A stretch of DNA of 64,000 nt from Euglena gracilis. Taxonomy: Eukaryota. Location: the NCBI GenBank assembly GCA_039621445.1, contig CP154954.1, positions 11,340,716 to 11,404,715 on the forward strand. Reading direction: 5' to 3'. Of the stretch, positions 46,445 through 59,700 are shown piece after piece; position 1 is the stretch's first letter, and each line of letters opens with the position of its first letter. Under the pieces are notes generated by a model. It worked only from the letters and a program-made list of their open reading frames with translations. It made no database searches and had not been told where the DNA came from. The position numbers were made by a program, and so were the translations under genes.

Positions 46445-49400
46445 GACACCTCGGGCTTCGCACTTTGCCCTTGTGAGGCCATGCCTTGCTCGCCGGCGGT
46501 GTTGTTTGGATTCTTTGCTGCGTTGGGTTAGGAGTCCCTGCTTAGTGCCTTTTTTCGCCGGAGTTGGCTGATTCCTAATTTGCCCTTCGACACCCAGAAG
46601 AATCAATCAATTCAAATTATCCAGAAAGTCACGCTCGTGCACAAACTCAAATCAAAAGTTGTTGAATGTTCGAAAGAGTTCAAGGAGAGATGCAACTTCA
46701 AAGAAGCACAGTGCGGGAGAACTTCAAGAGGCAGCAGCAGCAGCTGGACAACCTGACGACGCGGGTCGACTGTGGCGAACCGTGGCTGCCCCTGCCCCAA
46801 AAGAAATTTTCCCCACAGAAATTTCCAACACCCAAACCCCCCAAAGTGATGGCCACGGACCCTGGCAGACAGTGGTCAGAAGACCCCGCAAGGGGCAGAG
46901 ACAACAACCAGCTGGCCTCTACGGCCATTGGAACCAGGGCCATGGCGGCCATCGGTTCAAAACACACAATACATTCATGCGGAGCTATGGCAGCCAAAAC
47001 CGCGCAGGCCATGACGGCACAACTGGCCATGACGGCATCTACAGCATCAAAAGTCGCTGGAACAAAGGCCAAGGTGGCCACCAGCACCAGGGCCCCACAG
47101 GACATGGCAGGGGCAGAAAACGTCAAACACCCCCCCCCCACCCTTTCTCATTCATATCACCCCTCAGGGGTCAAGGGTGGGGCCCCAAGAACCCCTCCAG
47201 ATTTCAAATGGGCATGGCGACCCAGAACCGAATCAGGCCATTGGGGCCTTTATCATCAAGGCCACTGGGGCCAGAAAATTCAACAAGAAGATCAGAAATT
47301 ACAACAAAGCCACAAGGGGGGTCCTTCACAGGCCCCCCAGAAGCTAATGGTCAGCCCTGCAAGGGCTTTGTACTTAAATGGGCAGCCCCCTGCCCAGCCC
47401 CAGGAGGAAGATTGCCCCCCAGGGGCCAGCTGGCAACAGGAAGGGGGAGACTCCCCACCAGCATTTATTCAATCAAAAAGGGGGGACCCTCAGAGGCCCC
47501 CCTATGGTATGGCTACCAACCCCATCAACATCAAGCAGACCAGATAGGCCAAACAGGGGCAGTAAGCCTTATGGTATGTATTCCAACAACAAGATGCTCC
47601 AGAGAGAGAGTGAGAAGAGAGGAGAGTGCATGCACACACCCCCAGGAACATTTACTTTTTCCAAGGGCTCAAGCCCTAGGGGCTATAAGGAAATGTCCAA
47701 CACCCCCCACCCAGCCCCTAAACAATCATCTGATTCAGGAAATAAATTCCATGGAGGAAAAATGGGGAGATACCCTCCTGTACCAGAGACTTCAGAAAAG
47801 TCTAAAATGGTGGTCAAAAAATGCCCCCCCCCCAGCAACATGTCAATTAATCAAAAATGGAATTCAACCCCCCTGGGTAAATCCCCCAAAATTGTCCACA
47901 CACCCAAAGCCCAGAGCCAATCTGGAGCTGAACCAGGCAGAAAAAATTCTGCTGGATTACGAAAAAACTGGGTCAATAAAACGATTTTGGGATTCAGAAT
48001 CCCTGCATTTAATCCCATGGTTTCTAATTTCGAAACCAGAGGGGGGAAGAACAAAATGGAGAATTATCAGCGACTGAAGAGAAATAAATTAGCAGTTTCA
48101 AGCAAAACCTTTCAAGCTGGATCATATCCAGCACATTTTCCCAGTTTTGGAAAAAGGCCACTGGGCAGCAAAAATAGACCTCAAGGATGCCTATTTCCAT
48201 ATTCCATTAAGTCCTGGCCTAAGGCCATTTTTAAGGCATCAGGTAGGGGGGCAGACCTGGGAATTTCAAACAGGCTGCTTTGGGCTAAATGTAATGCCCC
48301 AAATTTTCATGTCAGTAATGAAGACATTCGAAAAACTGTGGAGAAAAAGGGGCATCCAGGTCTTTAATTACCTGGACGACATTTTACTGGTGGCCCCCAC
48401 CCAAAACATTTTGCAAAGTCACCTGAACAGAGTTGTCACAGATTTGCTGGATTCTGGGTTCCAAATCAATGTGAAAAAGTCTACCCTGCAGCCCACCCAA
48501 GTGGTAACCCACCTGGGTTTTCAACTGAACTTCCAGGAAGGAAAGTTACAAGTGCCCCCCCAGAAAGTCAAAACTATAAAAAAGTAGAAAAAAGGAGCTG
48601 GGAAAAATCGTGAAAAAGATTACATGTCAAAAAGGCAGTTGGCTGCCATTTTGGGTCAAATAAGATGCAATCTAATGGCCCTGCCCTTTTTAAGGGCTTT
48701 TACAGACACCCTGGCAAATTTTTTGGTGGCAAAGTCCACAGCCCCCTGGGAGTCAAAGCACCCCATTTCCCAGGAAATCAAGGCCCAATTAAGGGAAATA
48801 AAAACTCTATTGGACACCTGGGGGGGCAGACCCTTCCCCCAAAATGCAACCAGGGAGTTGCACTCAGACAGCAGCACCCATGCCTGGGGGGGGGGGCTGG
48901 ACATCCACACAGGAGAAATTGTGCAGGAATTTTGGAGAAAAGACTCCATTTTACACATCAATGCAAAGGAGCTCAGTGCAGCAATAAACACTGTGAAAAG
49001 TTTGAGCGAACCTGGAGAAACAGTTTCTTTGTCTGTGGACAACCAGGTAATCTACTATTACCTAACAAAAGGGGGGGCAGAAAAGACCCCTTCAACAAAA
49101 TGCTAAGACCATTTTTCAAATGGTGCATGGAGCACCAAGTAAACCTCCAAGTCAACTGGGTGCCTTCAAAGGAATGCCTAGCAGACCCCATAAGCAGATT
49201 GGAAATGGACAGGGGGGATTATTCTTTAGACCCCCAACTTTTTCAATGGTTAAGACAGCAATTCCAAAATTTCATAAATCTGGAAACAGATTTATTTGCC
49301 TCCCCAGGCAACAAAAAACTGCCCAATTTTGTGGTCAGGTGGCCCCATTGGGAGGGCACAGCAGTAAATGCACTACAATGTCCACTGGACAACATGGGGG

Positions 49401-50970
49401 ACCTTTATGCAAACCCCCCCTGGTCAATAATCCAAAAATTTCTGCCCAGGTTGAAGATGTTTCCCCAGACCAAAGTTTTGATGGTCACCCCCTACTGGGA
49501 TTCAGCCACATGGTGGCCCCAATTAATAAAAATGAAAGTGCCAGGGACCCCCTGCCTGAAAATCACCCCCTACAGGGGTATGTTCACCAAATGCAGGGGG
49601 GAACAAATGCCACCCCCCAGGTGGCCCCTACTTTGCATGATTTGCTCAGGCAAATTTTAGAGGGGAAACAAATTCAGGTTAAAACCATTGAAGATTTCCT
49701 GGGGAGAAACCCCAGTTTAAAACGTTATCAGAGTGCTTTTGCACTTCTGTGGGTAATTTTGGAACACATGGGGGTGCCCCCCCCCTGAAGTCACCACTGA
49801 CCAAGTGGCTGACGCTTTAATACAATTATTCCAATTTTCAAAGGCCCAAGCCCGTAATGCATACAGTGCAATGCTTTTGATTCCTGGGTTTGGTGGACTG
49901 AGATTCCACACCCTGTTAACCCCCTACAAGAGGCTTTGGAACCAAAACCTGGAGAAGTATGGGGCATTTTGGGATCCCCTCCCAATCCTCCTGGGGCTGG
50001 CCAAGACACCTATGCCCACTGATATTTGTACATTGCGTACCCAGCTGATTTTTTGCTCACGAATTCTCTGTTTATATCAATCCTCTGACTTGGCACAAGT
50101 CAAACGAACCACCAGTGTGTTGGGTAGGGCACCCTACATCAAAATTAAGCGTAAAGGGCAAAAATTTCACAAGTGGGAGAGGGTTGTGTCCATAGCCCAG
50201 TGTCCCCAAATAAGCCCATTTCATTTAATGATGTGTTATGTGGCTGCCACACGTTCATTCGTCAGACCTGGGGGCCCCCTCTTGATTTCATTAAAACCCC
50301 CCTTCAGAGCCATAAGTGCAGACACTGTTGCTTCTATCACAAAAGATTTTTTGGCCAAACATGGGGTGAATCCCCAGGTGTGGGGGGCCCACTCCACCAG
50401 AGGGGCAGGATTTGGTTTACTCAAAAAATTGGGCCTTTCTGCCCAAGAAGTTTGTGAAATTGGCCAGTGGAGGGGGGTGGAGGCTTTTACAGCCCACTAT
50501 CAACGACTGGGTGCCCAAGGTGCCCTGGAAAACGCCCTGGCCCCCCTAATTTCAGTGCACAATCTGGCCTCACAAGGGCAAAGTGCGAAGCCCGAGGTGT
50601 CTCGTACTCCCTCGAAGAAAACCGACCAGGGAGGAAGGGACACCGAGGGCGAAGCACAAAGACCTTGTGAGCCCGACCCCCCCCACCCGTAAAAGAAAAT
50701 TTGTCTTCAAAAGCCCTCGGTCAGAGAGTGGGGGCCAGGGGGGGGGGAGAGGGGGGGGACCCCCCCCAGGGGCAAGAAGTCACGTCGCCAAGTCGGAGCA
50801 GCATCGTCAGCCAACTCCGGCGAGGCGGCACTAAGCAGGGACTCCTAACCCAACGCAGCAAAAACAATCCAAACAACACCGCCGGCGAGCAAGGCGTGGC
50901 CTCACAAGGTCTTTGTGCTTCGCCCTCGGTGTCCCTTCCTCCCTGGTCGGTTTTCCTCGAGGGAGTACGA
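46445..50970 (+). mobile_element. DIRS1-type tyrosine-recombinase retrotransposon, family A, decayed
   Basis: RT (KIDLKDAYFH, YLDD), RNase H, MTase (NPPW) and YR (HSTRG; first R mutated to Q) broken by stops and frameshifts. ITRs and ICR (~50565-50672); ends GACACC...GTACGA. Confidence 0.93.
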
Positions 50971-51383
50971 GTTGCCGTTGAGTTCTGCTGTTTGTTGTCC
51001 ATTAACCATGCCAAGAATGGCATCGCGAGCATGTCTTAGGCGGCGCGAATTGCCCAAATTTTTTGCGATTTTTTGCACGCTTGGGGTGCGCGGGTTTCCG
51101 TTTACGAAACTCACTGTTATGTGCTCGAAATTTTGAGAGGATGGCACCAGCACGAAAATTTGGGTCGTTAAGGGTCCATTTTAGGCATTTTGACAAAGTG
51201 GCGGTATTGAGAATGGTTGTTTTAGGGGGGGTTTTGGAAAACACCCCCCTGGAACGCCCTCAAATTTTGAAAAAGCAGAAAACGGTGGGAGAACACCTGG
51301 CCTCCAGAGCCCCGGTTATTTGGTGAGGCTATCGGACCCCCCCTTTGGAGGGGGGGGCGACACGGTGTTGCAGTGTCTCGCAC

Positions 51384-54300
51384 TCGGACTACCACGACAG
51401 AGGAAGGGGGAGGAAGCGACCAAGAGGGCGAAGCACAAGAAGATGGTGAGGTCCTGCTTTCCTTGCCGGCTGTTCTGTTCTGGTGTGTTTGTGCGTGCGC
51501 GGGGGGTGCTTCTTACTGCGCCGTTGTTGCCGGAGTTGGCGATGATGAGGCCTCGTCCGACACCTTGACGAAGTGGAACCGTCGTGGCCCCGCCCCCCCC
51601 CCCCTCACGCATGGTTGCTTGGTGGGCCCCCCCCCTTGATGGGGATGGTTTTCTCTTTCTGGTGTGTTTCTGGGTGGGTGGTTGGGGCTGCTTGGTTGGG
51701 GGTCCCCTTTCTGGTTGGGGTGTTTTTCGTTTTCTGCTGATTTTTTGGGTGGGGGGGTTGGGCTCACCATCTTCTTGTGCTTCGCCCTCTTGGTCCCTTC
51801 CTCCCCCATCCTGTGTCGTGGGAGTCCGAGACCATTCGGGCTCCGCACTGCGAGATGGTGAGGTACTGTGCACCCCCCTTTGGGCCATAATTTTTTGAAT
51901 TTTTGAAACGACACCCAGTCTCAAGTAATGCGCTTGGAAGGCCCCAAATTTTTCCACTGGCCCAGCTGCTGGACTTCTTCCACTTGTAAACCAGCATTTT
52001 TCCACCATAAAATCCCCGCCCCTCTGGTGCTGTGGGGTTTCCAGTGGGTGGTGTCCACCCCCCCCCTCTTGCAGAATTTCTCTGGTAAGGGAATTCACCC
52101 TTTCTGATGTCAAAGGTCGTTTACCATCCAAAGACCACAATAAATTATTTTTGTGCCCAACCATGTGGGCTGTCCTTTCCACATACTCTTTCAACAAATT
52201 CCAGGGGCTTATGAGGGGTGTGTGTGGCAAATTCAAAATTTCCTCCCATCTTGGGAATTACCACCCTTTCCTTTGCAATAAAATGAAATTTTTTTCTCTC
52301 ACGAAACTGATTTTTCGCTGTGTCCTGGCTAGATCAACCCCCCTGTGGAGGGCCAGCAGCCTCCAACAGATGATGAGTCTGTTTCTGAGCTGTTTCACAG
52401 ATAGGTCTGAGAGAGGTTTGAAATTTCTCATGATGCTTTCCAGGAAATCAGAGGGGCCCCAAAAGTGGGCATACTTGCAGACATTGGAATTCCATTTCCT
52501 TTTCAATGGAGCCAGAAGAGGTGAAAATCTCAATGACCCAAACCCTGGGAGTAATATGGCTGCTGAATATGCATTTCGTGCAGTATTGATGCTATGAACA
52601 GCAAGATCAAGGATGGCTTCAGCCATCCTGTGGACTGTGCAGTCCTGCAGGGGCACCCCTTTGTGAAACAACTGGCCCACCAATGCCCTGAAGGCTGAGT
52701 CATATCTTTTGACATTTCCCAGATTTTTTATGTAAGTGTCGAAACTGGACATCGAAACTTCCTGGGATTGTAATATTTGCCTGACACAATCAAGCAGGCC
52801 AAATTACACCTTGGGGGGGGCATCTCCTCCCCCCAGCAGTTGGTGAACAGACCCCATTGGGGGGGTACCAGCAAAACTCTGCTGCCTGGCTGCCTGATTG
52901 ACATTAATTGGCGCCACCATGATGTCGAAGCCCAGTGGGGTACGATCAACAGACAAATCAGGTCTGGGTTTAACATCAGTCTCTGAACCCATTGGGGAAT
53001 GATGCTCCAGGGGGGGGTTTGCATAAAATGGGGGGAGGCCCCTCAAATCTGCCTTTAAGGTATCCACCAGTAAAGCCCCTTGGTGGGGGTATCGACAAAC
53101 AAACTGGGGGAATTTTTTGTTGCTGGGTGTGCAAAACATGTCCACCTCTGGGGTTATATCCTTTCTGAAAAATTGAAGAATGTGGTGAAAGATGTTCAGG
53201 TTGAGGGTGTAATCCCCTGGATCCTTTTGCTCCCTGGTCAGGGAGTCTGCCAATTGCTCTGTTGTTGGAACCCAAAGCACCTGCAAATTGATTTGTTTTT
53301 CCTGGCAATGATACAACAGGGGTTTTAGGATGGAATTTAGGTATGGCTTTTTTCCTCCCCATTTTGTCAGATAACTGACAGCCACCTGGCTGTCCACATG
53401 AAGCACAATCGTTTGCTTTGGTTTGGCCAGAGATTTTACAGTTTCCACTGCAGCCTGCAACTCTTTTTGATTGATATGAAGGACATGCAGGTCCCTCCAA
53501 AAATCTTGCACCTTTTGGCCTGAATCTTTGTCCAGCCCCCCCCACTGCCAGGTGCTGCTGTCTGAAAAGAGTGTTTGGGAGGCCTGGGATTGAAATGCTC
53601 TGCCCACGCCTGGCTGCAAAAAAGCCTTTAACTCCACAATTTGATCTTTGACCCCTTGGGGAATGGTCAGGGTGTGGTCCCAACCCCACTTTGTATGTAG
53701 ATCCACCATTTTGCAAAGTTGATCTGTCAGAATTCTGAGAAATGGCATTGAAACTAAATAGCTTCTGACTTGTCCCACAATAGAACTGAGTTTTCTGCAG
53801 CTCATTTTTTGTGCTGTGAGTACTTTGCCAAGCTCCTTTCTTAAGGATTTTAGTTTTTTCCTGAGTAATTTCCAGCTGGCCTTTTTTCAAATTGATCCAT
53901 TGGCCCAAATGCTTTATTTCCTGTTTGGGTTCCAGACAGGATTTGGGGAGGTTTAATCTGAAATCTGCCAGTAAAAGGTCTGTCTTTACCTCTGCAAATG
54001 TTGGGCTGCTGTCTTTTTGCTGGGGGCTAACAGTAAAATGTCGTCCAGGTAGATGAAAACTACCTTTCCTTCCTTTCTCCATTTTCTTTCCCAGACTCTC
54101 ATGAGTGTCATAAATTTCTGTGGCAGGCTGCTTATACCAAAGCATGCAGCTTGAAATTGCCAAGTTTCCCCCCCCACCTGCATGCAAACATGTTTTTCCA
54201 GGCTGCTGTGCAGTTTTAGGTGAAAATAAGCATCTTTCAGGTCTATTTTCCCACAGAACCACCCTTTTCTTAAGTATGGGAAAATGTTTCCCATGTGTTC

Positions 54301-56502
54301 CAGTCTGAACTTCTGGGGGTTGAAATACTGATTTAACTGTCGACAATCTGAAATTAGTCTTTCCTTTGTCGTTTCCCCTTCCTTTTTGGAAATGATGAAA
54401 TAGGGGACAAAATGTTTTGCCTCCTCTGGGGTGATTTGCCTGGTTGCCCATGCACATTCGTATTCTCTCAGAATTTTTTGGGCAGTCATTATTTCCTGGG
54501 GGGTTTTGAAGGGAACTTTTAAGGACATTTGAGGGGGGAGGGGAAGATCTGCCATAAACCCTTCCCTTATCAGGTTTAATACCTCTCTGCTGGCTCCTGC
54601 CTTTTCCCAATGGGGGATACTGGCCTGCAGGGCTCTGAAAGGGGGTACCCCTGGGTGTAATGTGTCTGGGGATTTCACAGGCCCCGTCACTGGGGGCCTT
54701 CCCCCTGGCTGCCCCATCACTGGGGTCCCCTCTGGCTGCCCCATCACTGGGGTCATCTCTGGCCCTGCCATAGGGCTGCTCAATGACAGGCTTTCCCCCT
54801 GTTTCTGAAAGATGGGGGAAGGTCTGTGGTGGGGAGGTACATATAATGCTGGGGGGTGAGGGCTGATTATCTTCTGGGGGGGCCCTGGTGTAGCCAATCT
54901 TGGGCCTCCCCCCCAAGGGCTGATATCTTGAATGGACTGGCCTCCAGTGGCCACCTGAATTTGCTTGAAATGGCCTCCATTGGCCTTGATATCTTGATTG
55001 TAATGGCCTCCATTGGCCTTCAGGGCCATCTGGCCTTCTTGGTCTCCATTGACCTTCTCTCCAGCACTTTTCTTTCTTTTTCCCTCTTGGTTCCCCAGAT
55101 AAGCCACCATGGCTGAATTTCCCTGGGGGTTTCGATGCCACCTGTCTTGGCTGTGGCTTGCTTCCCCTGGGGGGAATGATTTTGAGGGTTCTGGGGGGAT
55201 AGTTGGACATACCTCTCCCCACTGGGGTCGCCTGCTGGGATTCTGGGTTCTGTGTCTTTGAAATTGGGCACCATGCCCTTTTGAATGATGGCTGCCATAG
55301 CCTTGGGCCCCAGGCCTTGTAGATGGATTGCCGCCATGGCCATTTTGAGGAGGGTGTCCCCCTTCCTGACTTGAACCCTTTGAACTTGTCATATTTCCCC
55401 TGCCATAGGGGTGGGGATGAGAAGGGGGATGGGTAGTCTGCCAGACCTGTTTTTCCCTCTCCTGACAATGTTTCCTTGATTGATGACTGTGATGGGTCCC
55501 CATGACCCAATGGGCCTTGCCCTGGATGGCTTCTCCGTCGCTTTGCTCTGACCACAAGTGTCCAGGGTCCATGGCCGTCACAAAAGTTTTGTTGAAAACA
55601 GGAAATATCTGACGAACTGGGGGGCGGAAGGGTTGCGACGGCCACGGACGGACGTGTTGGCCCTGCTCCATCAGGTACTCCAGTGCCTGCAGTTCCTCGG
55701 TGTTTCCCAGCTTCGGCTGTCTGTCTGGAGCTTCCTTGTGTTCCCACTTCCTCTTGACAGCTTGAAATTTTTTCCAACACATCTTTCATTGAATTCCGTT
55801 GAACACGTGTTTGATTTTTTGAATGTCTTTGTCTTCCGTATTGACCGCACTCGTAGAGTTGAAATTCTTTTTTCCTTGAGGTCGAAGGGCAGAAATAGGA
55901 ATCAGCCAACTCCGGCAACAAAAAGCAGTAAGAAGCACCCCCCGCGCACGCACAAACACACCAGAGCAGAGCAGCCGGCAAGGAAAGCAGGACCTCACCC
56001 ATACATCTCTCTAAGGACCCCGGGGGGGGGGTTGCTGGGCTAGGGCTAGAAATTTGGGCTAGCTAGAAATTTGGGCTAGCTAGCCCCCCCCCCCCCCCCG
56101 GGGGGGGGGGGCTGGACCCCGGCTGGACCCGAACTGGGGCGAGCTGGACTGAAATCGGAAAAATGCCCAAAAATGACCTGCAAAACACAGTTTTGAAAAA
56201 ATGATGCATCTGAAACCCCCCAAAAATGCCCCAAACACCCCCCAAACCCCATTTTTGGCCACTTTTGAACACATTTTTTCAAAATTTTTCGGCGCTTTGC
56301 GCCGAAAAATTTTGGGCTGGACCCCCAAAAAAGGGGCTGGCTAGCTGGGCTAGCAGCACCCCCCCCCCCCCAGGGGGGGTGCTGCTGCGGCTGGGCTGGG
56401 CCCAAATCGGGGCTGGCTGCAGCAGCCCCCCCCGGGGGGGGTTCGCAAAACCTTAGAGAGATGTATGACCTCACCATCTCGCAGTGCGGAGCCCGAATGG
56501 TC
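51384..56502 (-). mobile_element. DIRS1-type retrotransposon, family B, decayed
   Basis: ORF 53986-55782 RT (KIDLKDAYFH, YLDD); 52804-53805 RNase H/MTase; 52258-52752 YR (LHRGVDL). ICR at ~51762-51863 is complementary to both termini. The 5' terminus is split by a MITE. Confidence 0.92.
56000..56467. mobile_element. hAT-like MITE inserted in the 5' terminal repeat of DIRS family B
   Basis: TIRs CATACATCTCTCTAAGG / CCTTAGAGAGATGTATG; TSD ACCTCACC at 55992-55999 and 56468-56475. Confidence 0.9.
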
Positions 56503-56783
56503 TGAAAATTTCCGACACCTCGGGCTCCGCACTTTGCCATTGTGAGGCCATGCCTTGCTCGCCGGCGGTGTTGTGTGATTGTTCGTTACGCTGGGTTAGG
56601 CGTCTCCCCTTAGTGCCTTTCTTCGCCGGAGTTGGCTGATTCCTAATCTTGCCCTTCGACACGGAAGAAGACAGAAACTTTGAAGAACAGAGTTGGAAGA
56701 GATCAAGACAATACAATATCAATATTCAGAACTTGTAGAACCTGAAGAATATCACATTCAAGAAAATATTTCAACTTTGACAT

Positions 56784-59700
56784 TTGAAGTCAATGCAGCA
56801 TGTGGAGAACAAATTGGAATTATCCAGTCGACAACCTGGACGCAGTGCAGAACAAGAAACGCCAGCTGGAGAACGTGGAGATGCGGTTTCAACGTGGCGA
56901 ACCGTGGCCATCACTCCCCCCCCACACATCTCAGCAGAAAAAATTTTTCAGCAGCAGACAGCCACACACAGTGATGGCCATGGACCCTGGCAGACAGTGG
57001 GCAAAAAGCCCAGACGACAACGGAAGACATTGGGTACCAAGGGTCAAGACCCATTACATTTCAAATTGGGGTGCAGGAAACCTTCAAAATTGGCAGACCC
57101 AGCCCAGAGGGCAAAAGCCCCAACCCACAGGGCAAATGCCCCCAACCCATCGAGATGGAATAAAGGACAAGGGGGCCAGTACAACATTGGGAAGCCAGAT
57201 GGCCCAGTCTGGAGCAGAAGGCCAATCCAAGGGCTATGGCAGCCTACAGGAAGGGGCAAAAGAGGTCTGTACCAACCATCTTTTTCAAATTCAGCCCACA
57301 ACCCCATTCCAGGGGGGAGGGGGGAGGCCCAGCAACAGGGCTCCCCCAGACTTCAATTGGGCATGGCAAGAAGCCAGAACTTACAGCCCCGGCCATGGAG
57401 GCCAGAGCAAAAGGGGCTTGGGCCAAAGAGACCAATCCAAGGGCTATGGCAGCCATACAAGGGGTGGACCTCCAGAGGCCCCCCAGAAGCTAAAGGGCAG
57501 CCCCACAGGGGCTTTGTATTCAACACATGCCCAGCCCCAGGAGGAACAGGGGGAAGGGGAAGGACCCCCACAAGTATTTATTCATCATTCTTCAAATCCC
57601 CCAGTGGAATCAAGAAGGGGGGGACCCACAGAGGCCCCCCTATGGTATGGATACCAACACCATCATCATCAAGGAGGCCTGATAGGCAAAACAGGGGCAG
57701 TAAGCCCTATGGTATGCATTCCAACAACAAGATCCTCCAGAGAGAGAGTGAGAAGAGAGGAGAGTGCATGCACACCCCCCCAGGAAAACTTTCCCTTTCC
57801 AAGGGCTCAAGCCCTAGGGGCCCTAAGGGTGCAATGTCCAACACCCCCAGCCCAGCCCCCCCAAAATCATCTTATGCAGGAAATAAACTCCATGGAGGAG
57901 AAATGGGGAGACACCCCCCTGCATCAAAGGCTGCAAAAAAGCCTAAAATGGTGGAAAAATCATGCCACCCCAGCAACATGTCAACTCATCAGGGATGGCA
58001 TTCAACCCCCCTGGGTAAATCCCCCAAAATTGTCCACCCACCCAAAACCCAGAGCCAACCTGGACCTGAATCAGGCAGAAAAAATTCTGCTGGATTACGA
58101 AAAATCTGGGTCAATAAAACGAGTTTGGGATTCAAAAACCCTGCATTTAATCCCCTGGTTTCTAATTTCAAAACCAGAAGGGGGAACAACCAAATGGAGA
58201 ATGATCAGCGACTGCAGAGAAATCAATCAGCAGTTTCAAGTAAAACCTTTCAAGCTGGATCACATCCAGCACATTTTTCCTGTTTTGGAAAAAGGCCACT
58301 GGGCAGCCAAAATAGATTTAAAAGATGCCTACTTCCACATCCCAGTGAGCCAGGCCTTAAGGCCATTTTTAAGGCATCAAGTGGGGGGGCAGACCTGGGA
58401 ATTCCAGGCAGGCTGTTTTGGCCTAAATATAATGCCCCAAATTTTCATGTCAGTAATGAAGACATTCGAAAAACTGTGGAGAAAAAGGGGCATCCAGGTA
58501 TTTATTTACCTGGACGACATTTTACTGGTGGCCCCAACACAAAACATCTTACAAAATCACCTGAACACAGTCGTCAGGGATTTAATCAAATCAGGTTTCA
58601 AAATCAATGTGAAAAAGTCCACCCTCCAGCCCAGCCAAATCGTAAATCATCTTGGATTTCAACTAAACTTCCAAGAGGGAAAATTACAGGTGCCCCCCCA
58701 GAAAATAAAAACCGTAAAAAAGGAGCTGGGAAAAATGGTGAAAAAAGATTACATGTCAAAAAGGCAACTGGCTGCCATTTTGGGCCAAATCAGATGCAAT
58801 CTAATGGCCCTGCCCTTTCTAAGGGCCTTTACGGATGCCCTGGCAAATTTTTTGGTGGAAAATTCCACAGCCCCCTGGGACTCAAAACACCCCATTTCCC
58901 AAAGGATAAAGGATCAATTAAGGGAAATAAAAATTCTGCTGGACACCTGGGGGGGCAGACCCTTCCCTCAAAGTGCAACCAGAGAGTTGCACTCAGACAG
59001 CAGCACCCATGCCTGGGGGGGGCTGGACATTCGAACAGGCAACATTGTGCAGGAATTTTGGAGGGAAAACTCCATTTTGCACATAAACGTCAAAGAATTA
59101 AGTGCAGCAATAAGCACAGTACAAAGCCTAAGCAAACCAGGAGAAACTGTGTCCCTGTCAGTGGACAATCAAGTAATTTACTATTACTTAACAAAAGGGG
59201 GGGGCAGAAAAGACCCTTTCAATTCCATGCTAAGGCCCTTCTTCAAATGGTGCATGGAGCACCAAGTAAACCTGCAAGTAAAGTGGGTCCCCTCAAAAGA
59301 ATGCCTGGCAGACCCCATAAGCAGGTGGGAGATAGACAGGGGGGATTATTCCCTGGACCCCCAACTCTTTCAATGGCTGAGGCAGCAGTTCAAAAATTAC
59401 ATAGACCTGAAAACAGACCTTTTTGCCTCACCAGGCAACAAAAAAATGCCACAATTTGTGGCAAGGTGGCCCCACTGGGAAGCCACAGCAGTGGATGCAT
59501 TGCAATGCCCACTGGACAACATGGGGGGCCTTTATGCAAACCCCCCCTGGTCTGTCATTCAAAAATTTCTCCCCAGATTAAAAATGTTTCCACAAGCCAA
59601 AGTTTTGATGGTCACCCCCTACTGGGATTCAGCCACATGGTGGCCCCAGTTAATAAAAATGAAAGTTCCAGGGACCCCCTGCCTAAAAATCACCCCCTAC